From Bdellovibrionota bacterium (GTDB lineage Bacteria; Bdellovibrionota_C; UBA2361; JBIKUX01), in NCBI GenBank assembly GCA_044347345.1, contig JBIKUX010000001.1, positions 97,024-161,023 on the forward strand: a DNA stretch of 64,000 nt, written 5' to 3'. The notes beneath the pieces were generated by a model. That model worked only from the letters and a program-made list of their open reading frames with translations. It did no database searches and had not been told where the DNA came from. Shown here piece after piece: positions 30,853 through 40,932 of this stretch. Numbering within the stretch: position 1 is the stretch's first letter; every line of letters starts with the position of its first letter. The position numbers and the translations under genes were made by a program.

Positions 30853-31950
30853 TTAATTCGTGGGCACAATAATCCTCGCTAGTGACCAGCCTCGCAAGTA
30901 TATAAAGAATACTAAGCTAAAAAATAATAGCAGTAAGAGGTAGGTACGCCAGGAAACTCTTTGCAATGGTAGTGAGAAGCCCTTATTCAAGGGCATTCTC
31001 TTGATTTTAGGTTTAGCAACTTTTTTTTTCGTCAAATTACGACCTAAATTAGGTCTTACGTCATCTGATCTCAAAGGGATTTTTTTATCTAATTTACTGA
31101 TATCTGGAGTTGATAATAATTTCGTTTCACAAGTAGTCTTTTCTTCATGCGTAGGACTTATTTTTTTTTCAAACTGAGCATCTGCTGACTCCACGTCCAC
31201 TGCTACCACTATAACCGTTATATTATCTGTGCCACCGCATTGATTTGCTCGGTTAATAAGATAATTTGTAGCTTGTTCAGGGTTTAGACTAGTGACTGCC
31301 GTTACAATTTCCTCTGAGCATAACATTCCGTACAGTCCATCTGAACAGATAACCAGTTTATCATTTGGCTTAAGAAAATCTGGTAATTGTGCACACTCCA
31401 CTGAAACATCAGCACAAGGCCCAAGAGACCTTGTTAAAACATGTGATATAGGATGTTTAGCCGCTTGGGTAGCTGACAAACTTCCAGTGGCAACTAGGTC
31501 CTGCACCAGCGTGTGGTCAGTAGTTAATTTAATTAGGGAACCATCTCTAACTAGATAGGCTCTAGAATCGCCAACATGAGCTAATAGTAATTCCTTTGAA
31601 GTAATTCCTACGGCTACGATTGTAGTGCCCATTCCGCTCAGTTCGCTACTTCCATCACCGATTGAAAATATTATTTCATTAGCACATTTTAAAACGTGGT
31701 CTAGTTTTTTGAGTGTAAGCTGGTCAGTTGAGCCTTGAAATGCATATCTTAGAGCCGCTATTGCAGTAGCCGAAGCTTCAGCTCCACCATGCACACCTCC
31801 CATACCGTCAGCCACGGTAAATAGCGTAAATTTCTCTCCTTCAACAATAGCGAAATTATCTTGATTCTCTTTGCGAATTATCCCCTTATCAGTCCGAGCT
31901 GAATAAAAAATAGGTAGTCTTCCAGTAGATGATTCACCCTGCTCAAGCAC
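30853..31950 (-). CDS. PP2C-family Ser/Thr protein phosphatase with a C-terminal transmembrane anchor.
   Basis: PP2C motifs (FTVADGMGG, ICSDGL, GGTDNITV). A basic stretch is followed by a hydrophobic helix (TYLLLLLFFSLVFFIYL) at the C-terminus. Confidence 0.8.
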   Translation of the reverse strand: MLEQGESSTGRLPIFYSARTDKGIIRKENQDNFAIVEGEKFTLFTVADGMGGVHGGAEASATAIAALRYAFQGSTDQLTLKKLDHVLKCANEIIFSIGDGSSELSGMGTTIVAVGITSKELLLAHVGDSRAYLVRDGSLIKLTTDHTLVQDLVATGSLSATQAAKHPISHVLTRSLGPCADVSVECAQLPDFLKPNDKLVICSDGLYGMLCSEEIVTAVTSLNPEQATNYLINRANQCGGTDNITVIVVAVDVESADAQFEKKISPTHEEKTTCETKLLSTPDISKLDKKIPLRSDDVRPNLGRNLTKKKVAKPKIKRMPLNKGFSLPLQRVSWRTYLLLLLFFSLVFFIYLRGWSLARIIVPTN

Positions 31951-32136
31951 TTACAGACCTTAGTGTAGAAGTTAATATACAACACCCTAAACAATTCAAT
32001 TAAAGTTGTATCGTCACAAGAACAAAATAGGAAAATTTAAAAAGAAAATTGCTTTAATATCAAATTGTTATCTTAATTAAAAAGATGATACAAAGGGTAA
32101 TGAATAGGTACATTGCACGAAAAATGCTACTTATCA

Positions 32137-34158
32137 CTACTTGTCTGCCCGTTCTTTGTTACTTAGCCCATCAGATACTTTGAGTATTTTTTGACCAGAA
32201 AGCTTCTTGATTAATTCAATAAGCAAATGATTAGTTTTATCTTGTTGCTCAGCAAGAGCCATTAGGCGACGGTCTGTTTCGTTAACTGACTCTTCAATTG
32301 CTCCTACTACCTCAACCATTATTCGTCTCACCCTCGGGTTATTTAACCTATCAATTGACGAGACTAATTGGACACTATCAAGCGCAGTGCCACCAAGGTC
32401 ACGCTGTTTGAGACTTTCTACCAAAGATTGTTGAGCTCCTGCTTGAATTTCTTCAATTGTTTCGGTACGTAGAACTATAACACGACGTGGTAAATTTTTT
32501 GCTTCCTGAGATTTTGATACTTCATTAGCGACAGGAATATTACCACCAGCAAATATATCCTTTTCTTCATCTAAAGAGCCATCCTGACTTACTTTTTCGG
32601 CCGCACTGTGGTAAGTTTGCTCATCGTCGTTATTATTCTTAACTGATTGAATAGATTCAATCTTATCGGCTTCATTTTTAGCAATCTCTCCGGAAGAATT
32701 AACTGCTACAGAGCTATCAGCGCTTTCTTGAGGCTTTAGTAACTTTATCCCGATCTGAATTACAACTCCTATCAAAAAACCGATGCATAAAGCGGCAAAT
32801 ATCCGTAGAGGTTTTAAATTCCTTCCCTCATATCCCTCTGCGACCGACTGAATACCAAGGTAACTACCGTCTCTATTGAGTTCAGAATCACTTACTCTAT
32901 CCCGATGTGCGGTAGCGGTATCGTGATGTACAGATGAATTGGTGTCAAAGTCTTCTGATTCGATAGAATCTTTATGACTTAAATCATTAAACCACTCATC
33001 TCCACTTTTTTCCGTAAAATTACCTTGCTTGGCCTTACGTTTAGCAGTTTTTAATCCCTGGGCGTTGTTTCTGAGCTTTGCCCTATTATTACGTCTAGAA
33101 AGTTTTTTACCTTTCTTTTTTTTCTTTATGTTTTTTTCAATCTCATCAATTTCAGAGAATGCCTCTACATTTTGCAGATCACCTACAACACTATCCTCTT
33201 CATTTATCTCTTTTTTTGATACGTCAGATAACTCAGAAATTGAGAATTTTTCGCCCTTTTCAAAATTGTCTGATAATTGGTCTGGTAGTTGTTCTTCTGG
33301 ATTCTCTATTAAATGGGTAACTTCGATCTCTTCCGCTTGGACCGGAACCGATTCTTCAATAATAACTGAGTCATCTTTCGAGGTAGACTCAACAAATACA
33401 TTTGATTCAACTAATCGAGCTGCTTTTTCTCCAATTTGAACTACAAGCGCGGTAATATTGTCTTTACCACCTCGACCTCTAACTAAAGCTATGATTTCTT
33501 TTGCTGTATCCTCTAAAGGAGCACCCTCTAAAATGTCACAAAGTTCATCAAGAGCTACGGCATTATAAACTCCATCCGTGCAACATAGATATCTATCCCC
33601 ATCTTTGGGAGGTTCAGAAATTTCAAATAAATCAATAGCAAGATTCTTTGATTCACCTAAGACCTTACTGATACCACCATCTTCAATCGATTGTATCTGA
33701 TGGATATTTTCTCTGTATTGATCTTTTGTTAGTTGTGTAAGTTTACGATTTCGAAGGCGGTAAATTCGAGAATTACCTACATGAGCGATAAACGCTGTAT
33801 CTTCGCTAAAAACAATACCGGAAACTGTCGTTCCCATGCCCCAAAAATGAGGTCCAGATTCTGCGAGCTCAACTATTGCTTCATTTGCCTTTTCAATAGC
33901 AGTTCGAACATCAGATTCAAGAAACTGCTTTTTAGAGCGGAGTAGAGATTCCAGAGTAGATAAGGCAAGGTGAGAAGCTATTTCGCCTTTTGATGGCCCC
34001 CCCATCCCATCCGCGACAAAGAACCCCCTACTCTCAGATGAGCGGATAATTGAAAAAGCATCTTCGTTAGTTTCAAGAACTAGACCCCTATCACTCTTAA
34101 CAACTGAGCGTACGGATTGCACAAAAGATGCTGATGATTCGGAAACTGAATCGGTCAT
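32137..34158 (-). CDS. PP2C-family Ser/Thr phosphatase fused to a poly-Lys segment, one TM helix and a roughly 200-aa extracytoplasmic coiled C-terminal domain.
   Basis: PP2C motifs (FFVADGMGG, LCCTDGVY, GGKDNITAL). KKKKKGKKLSRRNNRAKLR stretch. TM segment (IFAALCIGFLIGVVIQIGI). Confidence 0.75.
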   Translation of the reverse strand: MTDSVSESSASFVQSVRSVVKSDRGLVLETNEDAFSIIRSSESRGFFVADGMGGPSKGEIASHLALSTLESLLRSKKQFLESDVRTAIEKANEAIVELAESGPHFWGMGTTVSGIVFSEDTAFIAHVGNSRIYRLRNRKLTQLTKDQYRENIHQIQSIEDGGISKVLGESKNLAIDLFEISEPPKDGDRYLCCTDGVYNAVALDELCDILEGAPLEDTAKEIIALVRGRGGKDNITALVVQIGEKAARLVESNVFVESTSKDDSVIIEESVPVQAEEIEVTHLIENPEEQLPDQLSDNFEKGEKFSISELSDVSKKEINEEDSVVGDLQNVEAFSEIDEIEKNIKKKKKGKKLSRRNNRAKLRNNAQGLKTAKRKAKQGNFTEKSGDEWFNDLSHKDSIESEDFDTNSSVHHDTATAHRDRVSDSELNRDGSYLGIQSVAEGYEGRNLKPLRIFAALCIGFLIGVVIQIGIKLLKPQESADSSVAVNSSGEIAKNEADKIESIQSVKNNNDDEQTYHSAAEKVSQDGSLDEEKDIFAGGNIPVANEVSKSQEAKNLPRRVIVLRTETIEEIQAGAQQSLVESLKQRDLGGTALDSVQLVSSIDRLNNPRVRRIMVEVVGAIEESVNETDRRLMALAEQQDKTNHLLIELIKKLSGQKILKVSDGLSNKERADK

Positions 34159-34353
34159 GAATACTGGACATTTGCCTACCGACCCATATCGGCACCCATA
34201 GCCAAGTTGAATCCAACTCAGTTAAAAATTTGTCTTCCGTAAAAAATACGGAGGCTGAACTTGTAAGGTAATTTCACTTCTACTCATAGCCTACATATTT
34301 GCTACACTCAACGTTCAACAAACTCTGCCAAAAATAAAACGGACAGACAAAAT

Positions 34354-35190
34354 TTAATCTACCAAACGAATAAAAATTCTTGAGGATACCCCTGGCTCCC
34401 GTTTAAGCTGAACAGCCATTCTCTCAGATAATTCGCGTGAACTTTCAGGACCAACCAATAAACGATAATGAGCTTGGCCATCCACTAAAGTATCCTCTAA
34501 AATTATCGGAAAACCACTACCTCGTAATTTTTTTGCTAAACCTTCAATTTCTCTTCGATTTGGCGTGGCCATAACCTGCACAAACCAACCTTTGGTTAGA
34601 GACTGTGTAGAACTTTTATCTAGAGATAAGCGATCTGTACCAACAAATTTTTTGGTAGAATCATCTCTTTCTACTTGTTTATCCTTCTCCTCGGGAAACC
34701 CAACTTTTTTCTCTCTATCTTCTAATATTCTCGAAAAAGCTTGTTCAGGACTATCTGGTGAATCTAAACCCTTAACACTAGCTGCTTGAAGACTGTCCTC
34801 TATTTTTTTCCCGCCTCCCTGTTGTTTACTGTCAGGCGTATCGGAGGGATACGTGACCGCCGGACGAGCCAACTTTTGAGGCCTCAGAATAGGCACAGAG
34901 GAAGGGGCATTAACTTCATCCACTTGCTTTTTATTTTCTTGACTTAAATTAACATCATGCCCCACTGATTGCGCACTAAGAGTGCTCACCGCATTAACAC
35001 TAGAGTGAGCAACACCTACGACATCAGAGGAAATAATCATGCGAGTTACTGGCTGTATACCTTGATCCAAGGCTGACTCAATCCCTACTACCCTTCCAGC
35101 AGATAGCCCCAAGTAATAGGAGCATATTATGCCTCCAACAAATACAAACAAAACCAAATACCACTGATAAATAAAATTACCTATTCTCAC
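34354..35190 (-). CDS. SPOR-domain (peptidoglycan-binding, septal) membrane protein, FtsN/DedD-like.
   Basis: N-terminal TM helix and a C-terminal SPOR-like segment (GWFVQVMATPNRREIEGLAKKLRGSGFPIILEDTLVDGQAHYRLLVGP). Confidence 0.7.
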   Translation of the reverse strand: MRIGNFIYQWYLVLFVFVGGIICSYYLGLSAGRVVGIESALDQGIQPVTRMIISSDVVGVAHSSVNAVSTLSAQSVGHDVNLSQENKKQVDEVNAPSSVPILRPQKLARPAVTYPSDTPDSKQQGGGKKIEDSLQAASVKGLDSPDSPEQAFSRILEDREKKVGFPEEKDKQVERDDSTKKFVGTDRLSLDKSSTQSLTKGWFVQVMATPNRREIEGLAKKLRGSGFPIILEDTLVDGQAHYRLLVGPESSRELSERMAVQLKREPGVSSRIFIRLVD

Positions 35191-35202
35191 TATTACCTAT
35201 TT

Positions 35203-36450
35203 TCACTGGCACAATCGTAACCAATACCGATCCTGTTTAACTAAATTTAGCACAATCCGGAGCAACTTAACGTTATACTCAGATAACTGACCTTGACTAT
35301 AATTCAATACTCTATGGAGCGCGAGAAGTAAGAAGTGCTCAATTTGTAATTGTAATGAGAGATTTCCACTACGACCTAAAATTCTATCAGCGCACGGAAT
35401 GCGACACCAAAAAGATGCTATTTTCAAATAGTCTTCCTCACCAAAGTTACTACGATTTAAAAAAGATTTATCAGCCAACCACTCTACAATAGCTTTAGAT
35501 TCGACCTCAAAAGACTCTCTAAAACAACTTAAACCTCTATTTAATCTACTTAGAGTATGCCCCCAAAACCAACGACAATTCGCTCGTTCCTCAAATAACG
35601 GTACATGATAATCAATATCTTTACTAAATGTATCTCCAGCAAGATAGCTTATAAAATTAAGAGTAACGTTATGGTTCCATTCATTCAAGTTACTAGCTGT
35701 AAAAGGACACGGTGATAATTCAGCCCAAGAATTTACAGGAACCCAAACCGTACCACCACTTGCCTTAACTCTCGCCACGATAGAGCGAAAATCTTGCTGA
35801 GAAAAAGTATTGGGAAGTAACCACAAATAATTATTCACTGTGCTACTTTGACTACAATTTGCTAATATATCACTTTGAATCCTATTCCTAAAAAACGGAG
35901 TTTCACTCTCATTACTTCGGGATGAAATAATATCAACAAATAATTTACATAAACTACCCAAATCAGTTGCATCAATTTCCACTAATAGGTTCTCATCAAG
36001 CGTACCTACCCGTAAAAATGCTCTTTGTCCTGAGAATGTACACCGCAATAAAAAAAAGAGTGCTCGTGCTATCAATCTCATGTAGCTTTCGTAGCTTTGG
36101 CTTTTTGTAGGAGGTAATACATGTATAATTACTAATTCAGGCTCTTTAATCTCACCAAAAACCGAGTAAACATGGGTAAAATCTTCAATTTCTAAATTAA
36201 GAAAAGATCTAACCACTTGTGTTTTAACTCTCAACGATAAAGGAATCCGATTATACAACTCTAATGCTACCTCAGCAGAATTCCTACGCTCACGCTCAGC
36301 TACTAAAATTGCTATCGAAGATGTAAACTCACCAAAAAATCCCGGTTCCTGAGGTTTTAGAGAATTAAGTACTTCAGCACGCGAACACGTAGTCTCTACA
36401 AGACGTGCAAGATTATTTACCCAATCATAAAGATTAACTGATGATGTCAC
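35203..36450 (-). CDS. Hypothetical protein (415 aa); weak resemblance to the N- and C-terminal non-catalytic domains of arginyl-tRNA synthetase, with no HIGH/KMSKS motifs seen.
   Basis: GEFTSSIAILVAERERRNSAEVALELYNRIP resembles the ArgRS N-terminal additional domain. The C-terminus (KLLRIVLNLVKQ) resembles the DALR end. No class-I catalytic signatures were found. This is a by-eye impression only. Confidence 0.3.
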   Translation of the reverse strand: MTSSVNLYDWVNNLARLVETTCSRAEVLNSLKPQEPGFFGEFTSSIAILVAERERRNSAEVALELYNRIPLSLRVKTQVVRSFLNLEIEDFTHVYSVFGEIKEPELVIIHVLPPTKSQSYESYMRLIARALFFLLRCTFSGQRAFLRVGTLDENLLVEIDATDLGSLCKLFVDIISSRSNESETPFFRNRIQSDILANCSQSSTVNNYLWLLPNTFSQQDFRSIVARVKASGGTVWVPVNSWAELSPCPFTASNLNEWNHNVTLNFISYLAGDTFSKDIDYHVPLFEERANCRWFWGHTLSRLNRGLSCFRESFEVESKAIVEWLADKSFLNRSNFGEEDYLKIASFWCRIPCADRILGRSGNLSLQLQIEHFLLLALHRVLNYSQGQLSEYNVKLLRIVLNLVKQDRYWLRLCQ

Positions 36451-36520
36451 CTAATAAGCCCTATAAAATAGCGAAGTATTTTTAATTAAACTTGTCCAAG
36501 TTATAAATAATTAGTGGTTC

Positions 36521-37957
36521 TTACTGGCTATCTGCCAATAATGAGCTTTTTTGACCTTGTGCATACTTAACGATCCCTTTTGCTATACCTCTAGCCAAAG
36601 CTTCCCTAAAAATTGTACTTTCTAATTTATTACTATCCTTTGGATTATCAATAAATAAAAGTTCAACTAAAATACTAGGCATCTGAGCACCGATTAAAAC
36701 GACAAAAGGTGCTTTGCGAACACCAAGGTCAACAAGTGAAGGATAATATTGTCGACCTTCACCAATTATGGCACCGTGAACTGCTTCAGCTAATTCTACA
36801 GATTCGCTGACCTTACCTTGCAAATGCAAGTCTCCCAGCATAGCTCTAATATCATCATCCATGCCAAGTGGCGCTACATCATCAAAAGCTAGTGATTGAT
36901 TTTCTCTAGCAGCTATGGCTTCAGTTGAAGGATTTTCCGTAGTATCTAAATAATAAGTCTCTAATCCAGAGGCATTACCATTTTTGCTTGCATTACAATG
37001 TAGGCTGATAAAAACATCCGCTTTACGGTTGTTAGCTTGTCGAGTACGGTCATTTAGAGAAATGAAATTATCGTTATTTCTTGTTAGATGTACGTCATAA
37101 TCGCCTAATCTAAGTAACTCTTCTTTCACAAGAAGAGCAATATCAACTACTGTGTCTTTTTCTCGTAAACCGCCTGCTCCTGTAGCTCCGACATCTCGAC
37201 CACCATGCCCTGGATCGATAACTATTCGAAATCTAGTATCACTGATAACGCCAGTGTCTGCATTTTGTTCAGATGGGAGTCTTGATTCAAATAAATTTTT
37301 GTTGATGTCTCTCGAACTTTTATTTTTCTGAGGCACTCTATACCTCTTTTCCTCAATGACAACTAATCTATCCTGAACCTCTTCGATTAGTGATTCAGAC
37401 TCAGATTTTAGCAATAATGATGTAAGCTTCTGATGAGCTCTATCAAAATCGCCGTTAGCTACATACAAATCAGCGAGTTCAAGGTCAGCGAAATCATATA
37501 AATCTCGTAAAGAGCTCAAATCGTTTGTTCCGTTAAAAACAAACGATTCGTAAGCGTTAATAGCTTTTTGTCGCATAATTGGCTCATTTAAAAACTTCGA
37601 TAATCGGCTTAACGCCCTACCAGCATACAGCCATGCCGCTGACTCATTCTCTTTTGCAGCTAATAGAACCGCTTCTTCAGCAATCCGGCGGTACTCAGCT
37701 ATTAAGGCGGAATTACTCAGCAAAGGAGACTTTTTATTCTGACGTTCAAAAACCTCTCGTCGCGACTCTACTTCCCACCACTTCTTTTCGAGAGATACCA
37801 ATGTTAGCTTGTTATCAGAACTACCTACTAAAGAAGTATCAGCTACAGAGTTGATGAGCGGACAAAGTAGTAAAATTACCGTAAAAAAAACGTAAAAAAC
37901 TTGTCTTGATAAAAAACGTTTAGTGAAAAAAGATTTTTTTTTGCTGTAGTTAAGCAT
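36521..37957 (-). CDS. N-acetylmuramoyl-L-alanine amidase (Amidase_3, AmiC-like) with an N-terminal helical/TPR-like region.
   Basis: Catalytic-domain start (RIVIDPGHGGRDVGATG) and LHCNA. An N-terminal signal or TM segment. Confidence 0.8.
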   Translation of the reverse strand: MLNYSKKKSFFTKRFLSRQVFYVFFTVILLLCPLINSVADTSLVGSSDNKLTLVSLEKKWWEVESRREVFERQNKKSPLLSNSALIAEYRRIAEEAVLLAAKENESAAWLYAGRALSRLSKFLNEPIMRQKAINAYESFVFNGTNDLSSLRDLYDFADLELADLYVANGDFDRAHQKLTSLLLKSESESLIEEVQDRLVVIEEKRYRVPQKNKSSRDINKNLFESRLPSEQNADTGVISDTRFRIVIDPGHGGRDVGATGAGGLREKDTVVDIALLVKEELLRLGDYDVHLTRNNDNFISLNDRTRQANNRKADVFISLHCNASKNGNASGLETYYLDTTENPSTEAIAARENQSLAFDDVAPLGMDDDIRAMLGDLHLQGKVSESVELAEAVHGAIIGEGRQYYPSLVDLGVRKAPFVVLIGAQMPSILVELLFIDNPKDSNKLESTIFREALARGIAKGIVKYAQGQKSSLLADSQ

Positions 37958-37968
37958 CTCCGTAGATC

Positions 37969-40815
37969 CTACTTGAGAGCAATAGGCAGTGAAGGTTGCA
38001 ATAACTCGTGAGTAATATCGTCCTCTTTTTTAGTTGATTCTCTTGTTACTACTCCTCCTCCCCCCATCACCAATTTACGAACTAATTCAAGATGAGCTAA
38101 AGCATTTGCTGGGGTAGTTTCAAAAAGATTAATTTTGCTCAAGTGTCTTCTTATTTCAGCAACTATTTTTTTTTCATGCATACTAGATTTAGCTATAACT
38201 ACATTATTAGTACTAACATTTTGTTGCGTAGGTAACCTCTCTACATCATTGACGCTAATATCAGTATCAAATTTCACATCAATATCATGAGCAATAATGT
38301 TGCGAACTTTTCCCTTACTTAAAGTTCTAGGCTCGCTTAAATCTTTGTCATTAGTGTCCACATTATTGATACCAGCCAGCATTCTGGCTCGATCTAATAA
38401 CTCTTCAGGCAATCCAGCCCTTTTAGCTACCTCAAGTCCATAGGAAGAATATGCCACACCGGGAACTATTTTATGGGTAAAAATAGGCCCATCATCACCA
38501 TGATCAACTCCAACGGTAAGATTCACTAACGTTGATTCCTTTGCATACAAAGACGTAAGCTCATGAAAATGCGTAGCAAACAAAGTTTTGCATTCAATTC
38601 TATGAACAATCCACTCCAAAATACTTCGAGCAAGGGCTAGGCCATCAAGGGTAGCTGTTCCACGACCAATCTCATCAATTAAGACTAAAGACTTGCTAGT
38701 TGCGTGAGCGAGAATAGTGGCTATTTCTCGCATTTCAACCATAAAAGTTGATTCTCCCTCATGAATATCATCCGCACTGCCAATTCGAGCAAAAATAGCG
38801 TCGATAATTCCTATAGTAGCACTTCGTACAGGAACAAAACTGCCTATCTGAGCCATTACTACAATAAGGGCATTTTGCCTTAAAAAAGTAGATTTTCCTC
38901 CCATATTAGGTCCAGTAATAATACCAATACGACCTTTGTGACCATCATCATCGAAATTTCCAGTCTTTTCTTTTTCACACAGAAAAAGTGAATTAGGAAC
39001 GAAACGAGAATTAAGCCGAGCAGAAACTACTGGATGACGCCCACCATCAATAATGAGATGGTTATGATGAACTATAGTTGGTCTAACATAATCAAACTGA
39101 ACACTCACAGTCGCCAAAGATGAAAGAACATCTACTAAGGCTACTATAGAATCTAGCACTCTCAATGTGGGAATAGCAGGTACCAGTTTCTCTCTGATTT
39201 CTATAAATAGCTCTTTCTCTAACTGAACAAGACGAGTCTGAGCGTTAAATGCTTCCCGCTCTTTTTCTTTAAGCCAAGGCACGATAAACCGCTCGCCCTG
39301 AGTAGTGGATTGCCTACGTATATACTCTGGTGGCACACGTTTTAGATGAGAATTAGTCACTTCAATAAAATAACCAAGCACACCATTATACTTGATTTTT
39401 AAGGAGCTAATTCCAGTTCTTTCTCGTTCGCTCTGCTCAAATTGCGAGATCCAAGCTGATTGCTCTTTAGTGATAGCTCGCAGTTCATCAATATCTGAGC
39501 TAACTCCATCAGCTATGATTCCACCCTCCCTTAAAAAGGGAGCAGGTTCCTCTAAAAAACTAATCTTGAGAAGTTCACATAACTCAGAAGGAAAATCACA
39601 AGATAAAGCCGCATTTTTAAGTAAACTCACTTGATCAGAGAAACTGTCTAAATAATCTCTCAGTCTGTGCAAATTCTGGATAAAATCTCTTAAAGCAGCT
39701 AACTCTCTTGGGCCTGCTACACGACTACCAATTCTAGCAGCAAGCCTAGCCAAAGGTGGTGCTTCTCGCAAAATAGCCTGTATAGCACTTCGAGAGATAT
39801 TATCCGATATAAGAGCCTGTACTGCTTCTTGCCGGTAAATTAGTGCTTGAATATCAGTAAGAGGATGCAGTATCCATTCCCATAACAGTGTGCTCCCAGT
39901 AGTTGTTACAGTCTGGTTTAAATGTTCAAAAAGAGTTCCTCTTTGAGTGCCATCACGAATATTACGAACTAATTCCAAACTTCTTCTAGTCTCAGCATCA
40001 ATTGCTACAAAACCATCGTATCTCTTGGTTACTACCCGAGCTATAATGTTACTTATGTCTACTGTAGTCTCTGCTAAAAAATGAAGTAATAGGAAAACTG
40101 CTTTGCGTGTAAAAGGCGGTACAGTATTTAACCCTTCTAGATTTAACTCTTCTAAGTTTAATGCAAGTCCTGACTCTTCAAGACATTCCGACCCCCTGAT
40201 TTTGAGTGGGATAGTTAGCCGTCTTTCTAAGTGACGTATAATAGCTGAGCGTCCATCTAGTACTTCGCCACCTGCTACCCGGCAAATAACAAGCTCAGAA
40301 CAACCAATTCTTTCAATCTCATTGATTAACTGGCCAAATGGTATACCAGAGCGAACAACAACAATACCATCGTTAATATTAGTCCATGCTAAATGTGCAT
40401 CATCGTGAGAAAAAATTACCAAAGCGGCTACTATAGCTCTGGTTGTCTCTGAATTTACAATACCTCCCAAAAGACGAATTCCTGGTGTAACAATTCGTTC
40501 TAAAGCCCTTGGTACCATACCCTTTGCAGGTACGTCCCCTACTTGAGAAACTAAAGCTACCGAATGTCCTTTTTCAACTAATCGGTCAACATATCCATCA
40601 ATAACTGCTACTGGAACACCACACATCGGAATGGGAGTAGCGGATGATTTATCCCGAGACGTTAAAGTAATCCCTAAGACCTGAGACACAACCTTTGCAT
40701 CATCAAAAAAAAGCTCATAAAAATCGCCAACTTGCATGAATATAAGCGAGTCAGGATGCTTTTCTTTGTACTCAAGGTACTGAACTAACATTGGGGGAAG
40801 AGGACGAACTTCCAT
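37969..40815 (-). CDS. mutS: DNA mismatch repair protein MutS, with a roughly 90-aa C-terminal extension.
   Basis: Domain I start (TPMLVQYLEYKEKHPDSLIFMQVGDFYELFFDDA). Walker A (GPNMGGKSTFLRQ). 948 aa. Confidence 0.9.
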   Translation of the reverse strand: MEVRPLPPMLVQYLEYKEKHPDSLIFMQVGDFYELFFDDAKVVSQVLGITLTSRDKSSATPIPMCGVPVAVIDGYVDRLVEKGHSVALVSQVGDVPAKGMVPRALERIVTPGIRLLGGIVNSETTRAIVAALVIFSHDDAHLAWTNINDGIVVVRSGIPFGQLINEIERIGCSELVICRVAGGEVLDGRSAIIRHLERRLTIPLKIRGSECLEESGLALNLEELNLEGLNTVPPFTRKAVFLLLHFLAETTVDISNIIARVVTKRYDGFVAIDAETRRSLELVRNIRDGTQRGTLFEHLNQTVTTTGSTLLWEWILHPLTDIQALIYRQEAVQALISDNISRSAIQAILREAPPLARLAARIGSRVAGPRELAALRDFIQNLHRLRDYLDSFSDQVSLLKNAALSCDFPSELCELLKISFLEEPAPFLREGGIIADGVSSDIDELRAITKEQSAWISQFEQSERERTGISSLKIKYNGVLGYFIEVTNSHLKRVPPEYIRRQSTTQGERFIVPWLKEKEREAFNAQTRLVQLEKELFIEIREKLVPAIPTLRVLDSIVALVDVLSSLATVSVQFDYVRPTIVHHNHLIIDGGRHPVVSARLNSRFVPNSLFLCEKEKTGNFDDDGHKGRIGIITGPNMGGKSTFLRQNALIVVMAQIGSFVPVRSATIGIIDAIFARIGSADDIHEGESTFMVEMREIATILAHATSKSLVLIDEIGRGTATLDGLALARSILEWIVHRIECKTLFATHFHELTSLYAKESTLVNLTVGVDHGDDGPIFTHKIVPGVAYSSYGLEVAKRAGLPEELLDRARMLAGINNVDTNDKDLSEPRTLSKGKVRNIIAHDIDVKFDTDISVNDVERLPTQQNVSTNNVVIAKSSMHEKKIVAEIRRHLSKINLFETTPANALAHLELVRKLVMGGGGVVTRESTKKEDDITHELLQPSLPIALK

Positions 40816-40932
40816 GATATTTATTTGAGAGCATAAAGATTACGCCTCACTTCATCAAAAAGTTTAGAAGAACGAAAGTAGTCGGAGTAAAAAGACTATT
40901 TTATCAACTAAAAAAAGTGGAGTCAGAATACT

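Noticed and set aside
32137-34158. Poly-Lys segment in the 673-aa PP2C as a possible frameshift or homopolymer sequencing artefact
   Set aside because: The poly-A-rich DNA (about 33090-33130) stays in frame, and a TM helix and coherent domain follow. It is treated as a genuine basic juxtamembrane stretch.
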